From Thermoproteota archaeon (GTDB lineage Archaea; Korarchaeota; Korarchaeia; B14-G2), in assembly GCA_037917675.1 (NCBI GenBank), contig JAVCBW010000036.1:1-64000 (forward strand): DNA of 64,000 nt, read 5' to 3'. Positions within the stretch are counted from its first letter, which is position 1. Each line of letters starts with the position of its first letter. A program made the translations under genes and the position numbers. Below the pieces are notes generated by a model. It did not search any database, was not told where the DNA came from, and was given only the letters and a program-made list of their open reading frames with translations. Of this stretch, positions 1 to 9,308 are shown piece after piece.

Positions 1-621
1 CCGTCATTGAGCTTAAAGCTCTAGTAGGGCTTTCAGGATAGCCTCAGAGCCCATAGCTCAGAGCCCCACATCTGAAGGCTTAGCCCGATAGCCACTAGGT
101 GGCTTGACAGAGGCTCCAGTCAACTAGCACCACAGAGAACTTAAAGCTTCCACTCACCTAACCAACCTACCTCCTATGTGTTTCCATGAAAACCGGGACT
201 GCAGCAGAAGGCATCTTCATCCTAGAGGTATACGCAGCTGTTGTGGTTGATCGTTTCAGAGTCAGAGAAGCTCAGTTATAAAGGCAAGCTTCTGTGATTA
301 TCGAGAGAAGAGCGCTAGCATATTACTTCAAGCTAAAGATGGTTGACTGAGAGATGGCTTGGTGTACTCAGTAAAGCTCATGATATATGGTTGCCTTAAA
401 TTGGCTAAGTGGCGTCTCAGATCTGATGATCAGGACGAGAGGATGATAGGCTGAAGATCTCTACTATGGCAAAACATGCCAACGTTCAGAAGCAACCCTA
501 TGCTCAGCAGATACTACTTAAAGTCGAGCTTAGTAGCTACAGGCAGGCTGGCACAGGCATCTTCATGAAGCTTATGCCAAGATTCTAAGGTCTCGAAGTG
601 CAATCTGGTCAAGACGGAGAG

Positions 622-646
622 AATAGGCTTTTTCAAGAAGCCTATT
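622..646. repeat. Perfect 9-bp inverted repeat AATAGGCTT-N7-AAGCCTATT upstream of asnS
   Basis: Read directly from sequence; function (operator or hairpin) unknown. Confidence 0.5.
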
Positions 647-737
647 GTAGCTGAAGTCTCTTGCTAATTTGTGACTTGTTCAGCTTTAACCATAGCAGCT
701 TTAAGAATTTGTTCCACATCTCATTTAGAGTGGGAGG

Positions 738-2045
738 TTGGCAGCGGAGCAGCTGCAGCCAATAGACACAAGGATAGCTAAGATAGATGGCAGCTTTGAA
801 GGTAAGCTCGTAAAGCTCAAGGGATGGGTGTATAAGAGGAGGGACATAGGTGGAGCAGCTTTCCTAATGCTAAGAGACGGGTCTGGTGTGATCCAGGTAG
901 CTTTCAAGAGAGGATACTTACCACCAGAGCAGTATGAGGTAGTAAGGCGAGTAGGTCTCGAATCGAGCTGTGAGATAACTGGCATAGTCAAGACAGATCC
1001 CAGGGCGCCAGGAGGTTTGGAGGTACACGCCTTGAGCTTTAAACTGGTAGGGGAATGCAGAGACTATCCGATAGCGAAGAAAAGCCATGGAGTAGAGTTC
1101 CTGCTAGACCACAGGCACCTATGGATCAGGAGCCCTAAGGTGGCTGCAATCCTCCGGATCAGGGCTGAGCTGCTTAAAGCTGCAAGAGAGTGGTTTGAGG
1201 CACATGACTATGTAGAGGTCACTGCGCCAAGCATTGTGACAGCAGCTGTCGAAGGAGGTGCGACTCTCTTTGAGCTAGAGTACTTTGGGAGGAAAGCATA
1301 TCTCACTCAGAGCTCTCAGTTCTACTTGGAGGCAGCAATATTCTCCTTAGGAAGAGCCTACACGATCCAGCCTAGTTTTAGAGCAGAGAAATCTAGAACA
1401 AGAAGGCACCTCACAGAGTTCACGCACATGGAGGGGGAAGCAGCATTCATGGACTTAAATCAGCTGATGGCAGAGCTAGAGGACCTGGTTTCCTACATCT
1501 GCAGAGCGGTTGCTGAGAAGAGAAAGAGAGAGCTAGAAGACCTCAGAAGGCGGTTTACTCCTCCAGAACCTCCATTCCCTAGGATATCCTATGATGAAGC
1601 TATAGAGATAGCTCAGAGCAAAGGGGTTCCCATAGAGTGGGGTGAGGACCTGTCAACAGAGTCTGAGAGAGCGGTTGCATCAGAGTTCGAGAAGCCTGTG
1701 CTAGTACATAGGTATCCTCGTGAGGTCAAAGCATTCTATCATAAGCCCGATCCAGAGAATCCTAAAGTCGTCCTATGTACAGACATGCTAGCACCAGAGG
1801 ATACAGGAGAGATAATAGGTGGAGGTCAGAGAATACATGACTATCAGGAGCTTGTCAAGAGAATAGAGGAGTGTGGCCTGAACATGGAGGACTATGAGTG
1901 GTATCTAGACCTCAGGAGATATGGTAGCGTACCGCACTCAGGGTTCGGCCTAGGTGTTGAGAGGGTAGTTAAGTGGATCTGTGGGCTAAGTCACATCAGA
2001 GAGGCAACTCTCATTCCAAGGACACCAGTCAGAGTTTATCCATAG
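738..2045 (+). CDS. asnS: Asparaginyl-tRNA synthetase (class IIb)
   Basis: N-terminal OB fold (LRDGSG), TQSSQFYLE, motif 2 FRAEKSRTRRHLTEF, EIIGGGQR, motif 3 PHSGFGLGVER; GGAGG before TTG start. Confidence 0.92.
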   Translation: MAAEQLQPIDTRIAKIDGSFEGKLVKLKGWVYKRRDIGGAAFLMLRDGSGVIQVAFKRGYLPPEQYEVVRRVGLESSCEITGIVKTDPRAPGGLEVHALSFKLVGECRDYPIAKKSHGVEFLLDHRHLWIRSPKVAAILRIRAELLKAAREWFEAHDYVEVTAPSIVTAAVEGGATLFELEYFGRKAYLTQSSQFYLEAAIFSLGRAYTIQPSFRAEKSRTRRHLTEFTHMEGEAAFMDLNQLMAELEDLVSYICRAVAEKRKRELEDLRRRFTPPEPPFPRISYDEAIEIAQSKGVPIEWGEDLSTESERAVASEFEKPVLVHRYPREVKAFYHKPDPENPKVVLCTDMLAPEDTGEIIGGGQRIHDYQELVKRIEECGLNMEDYEWYLDLRRYGSVPHSGFGLGVERVVKWICGLSHIREATLIPRTPVRVYP

Positions 2046-2125
2046 CTTCTGCTTCCTTCGAAACGCTTTTAACTAGCAGAGGCGACTAGCCTTCAAGCCT
2101 CAACAGAGGGCAGAGAGGTGAGTAG

Positions 2126-2335
2126 ATGTCTGGCATCCTATTATCCGACAAGATCCTTGAGGAACTGAAGGCAAAAGCCCCAACTGCAAAGGTATGGAAG
2201 ATCTTCTACCCAATGAGAGAAGACGAACCGATCAAGGTCTCAATAATACCAGGAACTGCAAAGACTCCAATGGAGTTAGAGGTAGAAGGCAAGAGGGTCG
2301 AGGTAGTAGAGGAAGAGAGGCCGAGAAGAGGTTAG
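2126..2335 (+). CDS. Small hypothetical protein (69 aa)
   Basis: GAGGTGA RBS before ATG and protein-like composition; family not recognised. Confidence 0.65.
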   Translation: MSGILLSDKILEELKAKAPTAKVWKIFYPMREDEPIKVSIIPGTAKTPMELEVEGKRVEVVEEERPRRG

Positions 2336-3357
2336 CAGCGGGGGCTACCCCCACTTCCTATTTTTCCCTCCTCTATGAGTCTAAACAGCTCATCTTGGCT
2401 AGGTTGCTCTATAACTCTCCTCCCTAAATCCACAACTTTAGCTTCTCCAGCTGAGGTGACCTCTCCTATCACAGCAGCATTAATCCCTTCTGCTCTAAGG
2501 AGCTCAAGCAGCCTACTACATGTCTCTCTAGGGGTAGATATAAGCAGAGAGCCTGAGCCAATCAACTTCAGTGGGTCAACTCCAAGTGCATGGCATATCT
2601 CGGCTGTTTCAGGTAAGACAGGAATCTTATTCAAGTCTACTCTAATCTCTACACCAGATGCATAAGCCATTTCCCATAGCCCACACAGAACTCCCCCCTC
2701 AGTAGGGTCATGCATGGCATTAGCTAGTCCAGCTCTGGATGCAGAAACGCCTTCTTTCACAACACTGATCTGTCTTCTGAGCTTGAGCCCACGTGCAAGA
2801 GCTTTCCTGCTAACTTCACTCTTCTTTGCTTCCGTGAGCTCCCTAGCCAAGATATACGTCCCCTCTATTCCAGCATATTTCGTCATAACAATATAATCCC
2901 CGGTTCTGCATGCTGAGGCTGGAGTAGGTTTTGGTCCAGCTAGCACTCCTGTCATAAACCCGATTATAATAGGGCTCTTGACAGGTGGCGCAACTTCACT
3001 ATGGCCTCCAACAACGCCTACCTTAAGCTCAGCTGCAGCCTCTCTAATCCCCTTCACGATCTCTGAGAGCTCACCTATGCCAGCTTTCTCAGGAAGCAGT
3101 ATGCAGTTTAGGAACCACTTTGGTATAAAGCCTGAGGCTGCAGTGTCATTTGCACATACATGGACACATAGCCATCCCATATCTCTAGATGCTCCAGTTA
3201 TTGGATCTGATGTAAGAGAGAGTAGCTTCCCATCAATGTGAACAACTGCACTATCTAACCCTATCCCTGGGCCGACTACGACATCCATACCATGTGGCAG
3301 AGCTTTTAAGACATACTCCTCAAGCTTCTCAGCAGGTAGCTTGCCTGCACGAAGCAA
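2332..3357 (-). CDS. AIR synthase/PurM-like superfamily protein (HypE/ThiL-related)
   Basis: GPGIGLDSA, SDPITGA, ANDTAASG, GGHSE, MHDPTEGG, DPLKLIGSG motifs. Confidence 0.85.
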   Translation of the reverse strand: MLRAGKLPAEKLEEYVLKALPHGMDVVVGPGIGLDSAVVHIDGKLLSLTSDPITGASRDMGWLCVHVCANDTAASGFIPKWFLNCILLPEKAGIGELSEIVKGIREAAAELKVGVVGGHSEVAPPVKSPIIIGFMTGVLAGPKPTPASACRTGDYIVMTKYAGIEGTYILARELTEAKKSEVSRKALARGLKLRRQISVVKEGVSASRAGLANAMHDPTEGGVLCGLWEMAYASGVEIRVDLNKIPVLPETAEICHALGVDPLKLIGSGSLLISTPRETCSRLLELLRAEGINAAVIGEVTSAGEAKVVDLGRRVIEQPSQDELFRLIEEGKIGSGGSPRC

Positions 3358-3404
3358 TCCAGGTCACAGGAGTCTAAAACCATGATTGCTTTAAAGGTGA
3401 GGGC

Positions 3405-4007
3405 TTGAAGCTAGAGATGGAAGTTAAGTTGAAGATCAGTAGATCTCGCATTCTAGATGCTGTGAGAAAGCTGAGATTGAAGCTAGAGAAGATGAGAGAA
3501 GTCTATCAGAAGGATATATTCCTCGACTTCAGCGATCTGAGGATGTACAGGCAGGGATGTGGTCTGAGAGTCAGGGTAGAGCCTGGTAGAGTGATCCTAT
3601 GCTACAAAGGTCCCAAGGAAACTATAGCTGGAAGGAAGACGAGAATGGAGATAGAATGGGAGCTTGGAGGGAGAGAAGCAGAATTCCACAGGATACTCGA
3701 GGAGATAGGAGCTAGATACAGGAACCCCCCTGATTCTCTCAAGGATCTACTGGAGATGCTAAGGGACATAGGGCTCAAGGAGACAGTCTGTGTAGAGAAG
3801 GTGAGAGAAGAATACCTACTGCCATCCCTAGGATGCAAGCTATGTATAGATAGAGTTAGGGGGCTAGGTGAGTTTGCTGAGCTAGAAGGCCATAGATCAC
3901 TTGAGGTCGTTAAGCTCCTGAAGCTAGAACCTTACGTAGTCGAGAAGACATACGCTGAGATGATAGCCTCAAAGAACCTCAAGTGCTCTAGAGAAAGCAT
4001 CTACTAG
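3405..4007 (+). CDS. CYTH-domain protein (class IV adenylate cyclase / triphosphate tunnel metalloenzyme)
   Basis: ExExK at N-terminus, LRVR, YKGP, EKVRE, D..GLG.F.E.E, TY near C-terminus. Confidence 0.85.
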   Translation: MKLEMEVKLKISRSRILDAVRKLRLKLEKMREVYQKDIFLDFSDLRMYRQGCGLRVRVEPGRVILCYKGPKETIAGRKTRMEIEWELGGREAEFHRILEEIGARYRNPPDSLKDLLEMLRDIGLKETVCVEKVREEYLLPSLGCKLCIDRVRGLGEFAELEGHRSLEVVKLLKLEPYVVEKTYAEMIASKNLKCSRESIY

Positions 4008-4508
4008 ATCTGGTGTAAAGCCTACAAGTAGCACCTTCCTGACATGTCTAGACCTAGGCAGAAACTTTAGGACTTCATTGACCATGGCAGCTGCAGCCTC
4101 CTCAGCTCTAAGCCCCCCTATACCAGTACCCATGCCAGGGAAGGCTATGCTCTCAGCTCCAACCTCCTCCGCAGCGGCGAGAGCTGCTCTAACAGCCTTC
4201 TTCACGTTGTCGAGAGTAGCTCTGCTAGCTGGCCTCTCCATAGTAGGTGCGTGGATCACGTGCTTAGCCCTAAGCTTCCCAGCTGTCGTAGCCACAGCAG
4301 ACCCAACTGAGATAGGTGCTTGCCTCATCGCTTCCTTCTCTATCTCAACACCCCCCTTCCTCTTGATAGCGTAGGCGACTCCTCCTCCCATAATGCCAAG
4401 CGAGTTAGCTGGATTAACTATCGCATCCACCTCTAAGTCAGTTATATCCCCCTCCCAGACTTCAATCTGCTTCTTATCCACCTTCTTACTCAGGACAGGC
4501 CTCATCAC
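3969..4508 (-). CDS. Macro domain ADP-ribose-binding/hydrolase protein
   Basis: GDIT, DAIVNPAN, GGGVA, HAPT, FPGMGTGIGG. Confidence 0.92.
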   Translation of the reverse strand: MMRPVLSKKVDKKQIEVWEGDITDLEVDAIVNPANSLGIMGGGVAYAIKRKGGVEIEKEAMRQAPISVGSAVATTAGKLRAKHVIHAPTMERPASRATLDNVKKAVRAALAAAEEVGAESIAFPGMGTGIGGLRAEEAAAAMVNEVLKFLPRSRHVRKVLLVGFTPDLVDAFSRALEVL

Positions 4509-4934
4509 CCTCCCTCAGCCACATGCTCTATTGATTCTAATGTGTTTACTCAGCGCCCCTCTGCTCACTTTTAAACTAAGATTAGCAGCTGAATACTGCA
4601 TCCCTCTACTCGAGAACAGTGCTCTGCTTTTCCTCCAGCAGCTATCGCGCTTATATGCAGTCCAGAGCTCTCTGATGAGCTTCTCACATATATCAGCCTA
4701 CCTCCTTCTCTTCCTCTACTAAAGCATTTCTGAGACGTGATTTCAGCGAGAAACCTGGAGAAGCCACCCGCCAATTAGCTCTTCTGTGTCAGCTTCCTAT
4801 GTCTTGATGAGCAGCTTCACCAGAATACGGCTGCTCAAGAGAAGTTCCTGGCAGAGCAAAAACGCTATTAAAGGACTACTGATAGCACTAATACCCGCTA
4901 CTGAGAGTATTGGTGTTATATGATAGCTGTTAGG

Positions 4935-5831
4935 CTAATCTCCCTTGCTTCCTGATGCTGCTCTCTCAGCTAGCCCAGCTATGGGCTTTATCAGGCTGGT
5001 GAACTCCAGTGGTAGCACTATTTTCGTAGCTGGGCTACCAGCTATCGACTTAAGGGTCTCAAGATACTGTAGGCTTAGCGTCTTCGGATCTATCTCCCTA
5101 GCAACCTCGAATATGGTCTTTAAAGCTATGGCATAACCTTCTGCTTTCAGTATTGCTGCCTGTCTCTCACCTTCTGCTTTCAGTATTGCTGCCTGCTTCT
5201 CGCCTTCAGCTACTCTGATTGCTGCCTCCTTCTTACCTTCAGCCTCTGTTACCATAGCTCTTCTGTTTCTCTCAGCTGACATCTGCCTAATCATAGCATC
5301 CTGTACGTCTGCTGGAGGTTTTATCTCCCTTATCTCAACGCTAGTAATCTTAACACCCCACCTTTCAGTAACTTCATCAAGTTTCGCTCTCAGGATATGA
5401 TTTATCCTATCTCTCTGAGCTAGTGTTTCGTCTAGTGTGATATCTCCAACAACAGCTCTCAGAGTTGTTGTAGCAAGCCCTAGTGCAGCAGCCTTGAAGT
5501 CTTGAACGTTTATCACTGAGGATTTGGGGTCTACTACCTTGTAGTAGACTAGGAAATCTATGTCTGTTGGAGCATTATCCTTTGTTATACAAGTCTGATG
5601 TGGAACTGAAAAGAACCCCTCTCTCAAGTCCACCTCGACAGGCTTATCTATGACTGGTATTAGGAAGACCATTCCAGGGCCTCTCACACCCAAATACCTT
5701 CCAAGCCTGAATACTACAAGCCTTTTGTACTCTGGAACTATTTTAATCGCCTGAGATAAAAGCCAAAGCAGGAAGAATGCTATTATCAGCAGAGTTAGTA
5801 GGGTAATTGGATCTACGGTAGGTATCTGCAT
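4935..5831 (-). CDS. SPFH/stomatin (band 7) protein
   Basis: N-terminal TM, FRLGR..GPG..FLIP, ITKDN, TTLR, WGVKI..VE, AEG coiled-coil repeats. Confidence 0.92.
   Translation of the reverse strand: MQIPTVDPITLLTLLIIAFFLLWLLSQAIKIVPEYKRLVVFRLGRYLGVRGPGMVFLIPVIDKPVEVDLREGFFSVPHQTCITKDNAPTDIDFLVYYKVVDPKSSVINVQDFKAAALGLATTTLRAVVGDITLDETLAQRDRINHILRAKLDEVTERWGVKITSVEIREIKPPADVQDAMIRQMSAERNRRAMVTEAEGKKEAAIRVAEGEKQAAILKAEGERQAAILKAEGYAIALKTIFEVAREIDPKTLSLQYLETLKSIAGSPATKIVLPLEFTSLIKPIAGLAERAASGSKGD
5136..5195. repeat. Two identical 27-bp copies with 33-bp period inside the stomatin coiled coil (QAAILKAEG)
   Basis: ACCTTCTGCTTTCAGTATTGCTGCCTG at 5136-5162 and 5169-5195. Confidence 0.8.
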
Positions 5832-5867
5832 GCCTTTTCATCGCGGTGAGAGTTAATAAGTGTTTCA

Positions 5868-7124
5868 CTATGCCTCTACCCTCTCAACTATTAGTGTAAG
5901 CCCATCAACTCCAACTACTCTTACTCTCTCACCTGACCTTATGGTAACTGGCCTCCTAGCCTTAGCACTCCACAGCTCTGCCTCAACCAAGACTACTCCA
6001 GTCTTATATGGCTCTATGTCCTCTCTGACCTCCCCTTCCTTACCTATAAGTTCCCTCTTATAGTCTAGAAGCTTCTCCTTCTTCAACAGAATCTGCCTTA
6101 TCTTATGCATGTAGAAGCCGACTACACCAGCGAAAAAGAAGCTCAGCAAGCTTACAGCTATGAGAGTAGACCTCGGCTTGAGTAGTGGCTGCCCGCTGTA
6201 TAGGAGCAGTAGTCCTAAGCAAGCTAGCCCCACGCCTACGAGCGCATTTATACCATGCCCTGTCTTAAGCTCAAATAGCATGGTTACGACGCCTATTAGA
6301 GCTAGGAGGGCTGGAATAGCGCTGCCACCAACTATGCCAAGTCCATATATGCCGAGGAGCACTAGAGTCAGTCCAACCCCCTCGCCAATGAATGTTGGAT
6401 GCGTCAAACCAACTAAGAGGATTAGCCCACCAAGCACTGTCAGAATCCAGGCTGTGATAGGGTTTCCGATGAGTGATAGCAGAGTAGACTTGGCATCAGG
6501 CTCTACATACAAGATCCGGTCTACTGTGATATTCAGGAATTCAAGCAGCTCGTAGACGTCTGAGGCAATCAAGTCTATCGCACCGTCTCTGGCAGCTTCC
6601 TCTGAGGTCACCACGAGGTTCTCTCTCACCATAAGAGTGAGGGCAGTCTTGTTTCTGTCTCTGGCGATCGCTATGCTCTCCATCCATTTCTCCATCGCGT
6701 TAACCACTTTAGGATCCGGCGGCCTAGGCTCACATGCTCCAACTATGGTATCTGGAGCCATTGCAGCATATTTTGTGGAGAAAAGGATATATGCTCCAGC
6801 AGATAAAGCTCTGCCCTGGGGAGGGACGTATCCTACTGTAAGCATGCCTGAACCTACTATACTGTTGACTATTTTCCTAGTTGAATCCAAGAGGCCTCCA
6901 TCAGTATCAATTAAGAGTACTATGGCTTCAACTCCGCTTTCAGCTACCGACTTCAACGTCCTCTCAACAAGGTCTGCTTTGCCGAGGTCTATCATGCCGG
7001 TTAGCTCAATAACTACTGCAGTCTTCTCCTTATGACACGAGAGGCTGTGGGCCATGCTTAAGGTGAATAGCAGTAGCATCCAGCTTTCTCTGATGTATAC
7101 CACCTGCCATGAATGTCGTGGCAA
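5868..7124 (-). CDS. nfeD: NfeD long form, membrane-bound ClpP-like serine protease (stomatin operon partner)
   Basis: Signal-like N-terminus, DTDGG, SAG catalytic Ser, TM bundle, C-terminal OB fold (G.V....ELW.A); directly upstream of stomatin; start may be slightly downstream. Confidence 0.88.
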   Translation of the reverse strand: MPRHSWQVVYIRESWMLLLFTLSMAHSLSCHKEKTAVVIELTGMIDLGKADLVERTLKSVAESGVEAIVLLIDTDGGLLDSTRKIVNSIVGSGMLTVGYVPPQGRALSAGAYILFSTKYAAMAPDTIVGACEPRPPDPKVVNAMEKWMESIAIARDRNKTALTLMVRENLVVTSEEAARDGAIDLIASDVYELLEFLNITVDRILYVEPDAKSTLLSLIGNPITAWILTVLGGLILLVGLTHPTFIGEGVGLTLVLLGIYGLGIVGGSAIPALLALIGVVTMLFELKTGHGINALVGVGLACLGLLLLYSGQPLLKPRSTLIAVSLLSFFFAGVVGFYMHKIRQILLKKEKLLDYKRELIGKEGEVREDIEPYKTGVVLVEAELWSAKARRPVTIRSGERVRVVGVDGLTLIVERVEA

Positions 7125-7136
7125 GGTTCATAAAGA

Positions 7137-7781
7137 TTGCAAGCCATGTTAACCAGCTTGAACATGAGGAATCAGCTCATCAGAGAAATACTACATGCTC
7201 TTGAAGACACCATCAAGTCTCCAGTTATAGAGAAGTCTCGTGTACGCCTGTCAGTAGCAGTGCTGGCTGAGATCGGGGTAGTGAGGGATGAGGGAGATCT
7301 TATAGAGGTAGATAGGCCCAGAGCTCTACTAGAATATCTAAGGGCTGGAGGAGCCTACCAGAGGGTAGCTCACCTAGTAACCTGGCGGGACTTTGAAGGC
7401 TTCACCTCACTCGCGCTAGAAGCCTTCGACTACACTGTGATAAGGGACTATAGGTTCAAGTTCATGGGGAGAAGGTACCAAATAGATGTTATAGGATTCA
7501 AGCCTGGTGTAGTAATGTGCTTTGAGTGCAAGATGCTCAGGAGAATGCACAGTATAGCTAAGGCAGCTAGGCTGCATGCTAGCAGAGTTAGAAAGCTATG
7601 CTTAGTGAAGCCTAGCTGGCTTCCAAGCTCATCTAGAGTGCACCCTGTAATTGTGTCAGCTCTCGAGTACAGGGAAAAGACAGCACATGGAGTCCCTATC
7701 GTACCCTTCTACAGGCTAAACAGCTTCCTCATGGAAGTCGAGTTCGCCCCAATACCTGAGGCTGTGTTCTTCATGACATAG
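7137..7781 (+). CDS. PD-(D/E)xK restriction-endonuclease-like protein (Mrr/NERD-like)
   Basis: WRDFE, QIDVIG, ECK motifs; true start possibly ATG 7164. Confidence 0.7.
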   Translation: MQAMLTSLNMRNQLIREILHALEDTIKSPVIEKSRVRLSVAVLAEIGVVRDEGDLIEVDRPRALLEYLRAGGAYQRVAHLVTWRDFEGFTSLALEAFDYTVIRDYRFKFMGRRYQIDVIGFKPGVVMCFECKMLRRMHSIAKAARLHASRVRKLCLVKPSWLPSSSRVHPVIVSALEYREKTAHGVPIVPFYRLNSFLMEVEFAPIPEAVFFMT

Positions 7782-7848
7782 CTTATGTAGCAGGCAGCGC
7801 TCGCTAGCTTTATTAGCATCCCCTCATTCACCAGCCAGCTTGCATTAG

Positions 7849-8121
7849 ATGGGGTTAGGGTTGGAGGTGAAAATCTATCTTCCACTCTCAAGCCCTTCTG
7901 TCGGCGCCGCAGGGAAAACAGGTTTATGGCGTGTGTTTAAGCCTGTCATAGACCAAGAGAAGTGCACAAAGTGCCTGCAGTGCTGGCTCTTCTGCCCAGA
8001 TGCCTCAATAAAGAGGGGTGAAGACGACTCCATATCAGTAGACTACGAGTACTGTAAGGGCTGCGGGATATGCTCAGATGTCTGCCCAGTTGGAGCCATA
8101 GAGATGGTAAAGGAGGGCTAG
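7849..8121 (+). CDS. porD: 2-oxoacid:ferredoxin oxidoreductase delta subunit (2x[4Fe-4S])
   Basis: TG.WR..KP, CTKCLQCWLFCP, DYEYCKGCGICSDVCP. Confidence 0.88.
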   Translation: MGLGLEVKIYLPLSSPSVGAAGKTGLWRVFKPVIDQEKCTKCLQCWLFCPDASIKRGEDDSISVDYEYCKGCGICSDVCPVGAIEMVKEG

Positions 8122-8122
8122 C

Positions 8123-9307
8123 ATGGGGGAGTGGAAGATCATAACAGGTAACCGGGCTGCAGCTGAGGCAGCTAAGCTATCTAGAGTACAGGTCGTCGCA
8201 GCCTATCCAATAACACCACAGACCACAATCGTAGAGTATATAGCTCAGATGGTTGAATCAGGTGAGCTAGATGCCAAATATATCAGAGTTGAGTCAGAGC
8301 ACAGTGCTATGGCAGCTTGTATAGGCGCATCTTCAGTTGGTGCAAGAGCCTTTACAGCGACATCCAGCCACGGCTTGCTGCTCATGCATGAAATGCTACA
8401 CTGGGCAGTCGGAGCAAGGCTACCGATAGTCATGGCCGTTGTAAACAGGTCTATAGGACCACCATGGAACATACACTCAGAGCATCAAGATGCCATCTCA
8501 CAGAGAGACACAGGCTGGCTGATATCATTCGCATCAGACCCACAGGAGGTTCTAGACAGCATAATAATACTCTACAAGGTATGCGAGACCTACGGGGTCT
8601 ACTTACCTGGATTTGTGTCACTAGATGCCTTCATCCTCAGCCACACATCAATGCCTGTCAACATACCATCTCAAGCAGACGTAGACGAGTTTCTCCCTCC
8701 ATACAAGCCGAGACACTACCTGATAGATGTAGAGGATCCGAAGACCTACGGGAACCTAGCTTTTCCAGACAGGTACATGGAGCTGAGATGGAGTATCCAG
8801 AAGGGACAGGAGCTTGCAGCCCAGAAGATCAGGGAGTACACGCGAGAATATGCCAAAGCCTTTGGCAGAGACTACCAGGGGCTTGTCGAGCAGTATAGGA
8901 CAGAGGATGCCAAGCACCTGCTTGTGACAGTAGGCGCCATGGCATCTGAAGCAAGGCTTACAGTAGACAAGCTGAGAGAAGAGGGCATAAAAGCTGGCCT
9001 CCTAAAGATAAGGTTCTATAGGCCATTTCCGAGAGAGGATATAGAGAAGGCTGCTGAAGACATAGAATCCATTACCGTAATAGACAGGAACGTGTCTTTC
9101 GGAATGGGAGGAGCCATAGCAACAGATCTAACCGCCGTCCTCTATGGTGCTGATAGGAACATAACACTAGGCAGGTTCATAGCAGGCTTAGGAGGCAGAG
9201 ACGTGACTTTTGAGCATATGGCTCAGATGGTTAGGCACACGCTTAAAGCTCACCAGTCAGGTGAGAAGCTGCCTCCAACACTCTGGTTTGGGCTAAGAGA
9301 GTGGTAG
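8123..9307 (+). CDS. porA: Pyruvate/2-oxoacid:ferredoxin oxidoreductase alpha subunit
   Basis: YPITPQT, ESEHSA, TATSSHG, GLGGRD. Confidence 0.9.
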   Translation: MGEWKIITGNRAAAEAAKLSRVQVVAAYPITPQTTIVEYIAQMVESGELDAKYIRVESEHSAMAACIGASSVGARAFTATSSHGLLLMHEMLHWAVGARLPIVMAVVNRSIGPPWNIHSEHQDAISQRDTGWLISFASDPQEVLDSIIILYKVCETYGVYLPGFVSLDAFILSHTSMPVNIPSQADVDEFLPPYKPRHYLIDVEDPKTYGNLAFPDRYMELRWSIQKGQELAAQKIREYTREYAKAFGRDYQGLVEQYRTEDAKHLLVTVGAMASEARLTVDKLREEGIKAGLLKIRFYRPFPREDIEKAAEDIESITVIDRNVSFGMGGAIATDLTAVLYGADRNITLGRFIAGLGGRDVTFEHMAQMVRHTLKAHQSGEKLPPTLWFGLREW

Positions 9308-9308
9308 C

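Noticed and set aside
4672-4765. CTGATGA...GAAA hammerhead-like core
   Set aside because: No stem II closing next to GAAA and no consistent stems I/III
5136-5195. 33-bp period tandem repeat as a CRISPR or mobile repeat
   Set aside because: In-frame coiled-coil repeat inside the stomatin gene; only two copies and no spacers
7137-7781. Nuclease-fold gene plus macro domain and CYTH genes as a defence system
   Set aside because: The genes are not co-oriented or contiguous, are common archaeal housekeeping families, and no methylase or mobile context is present
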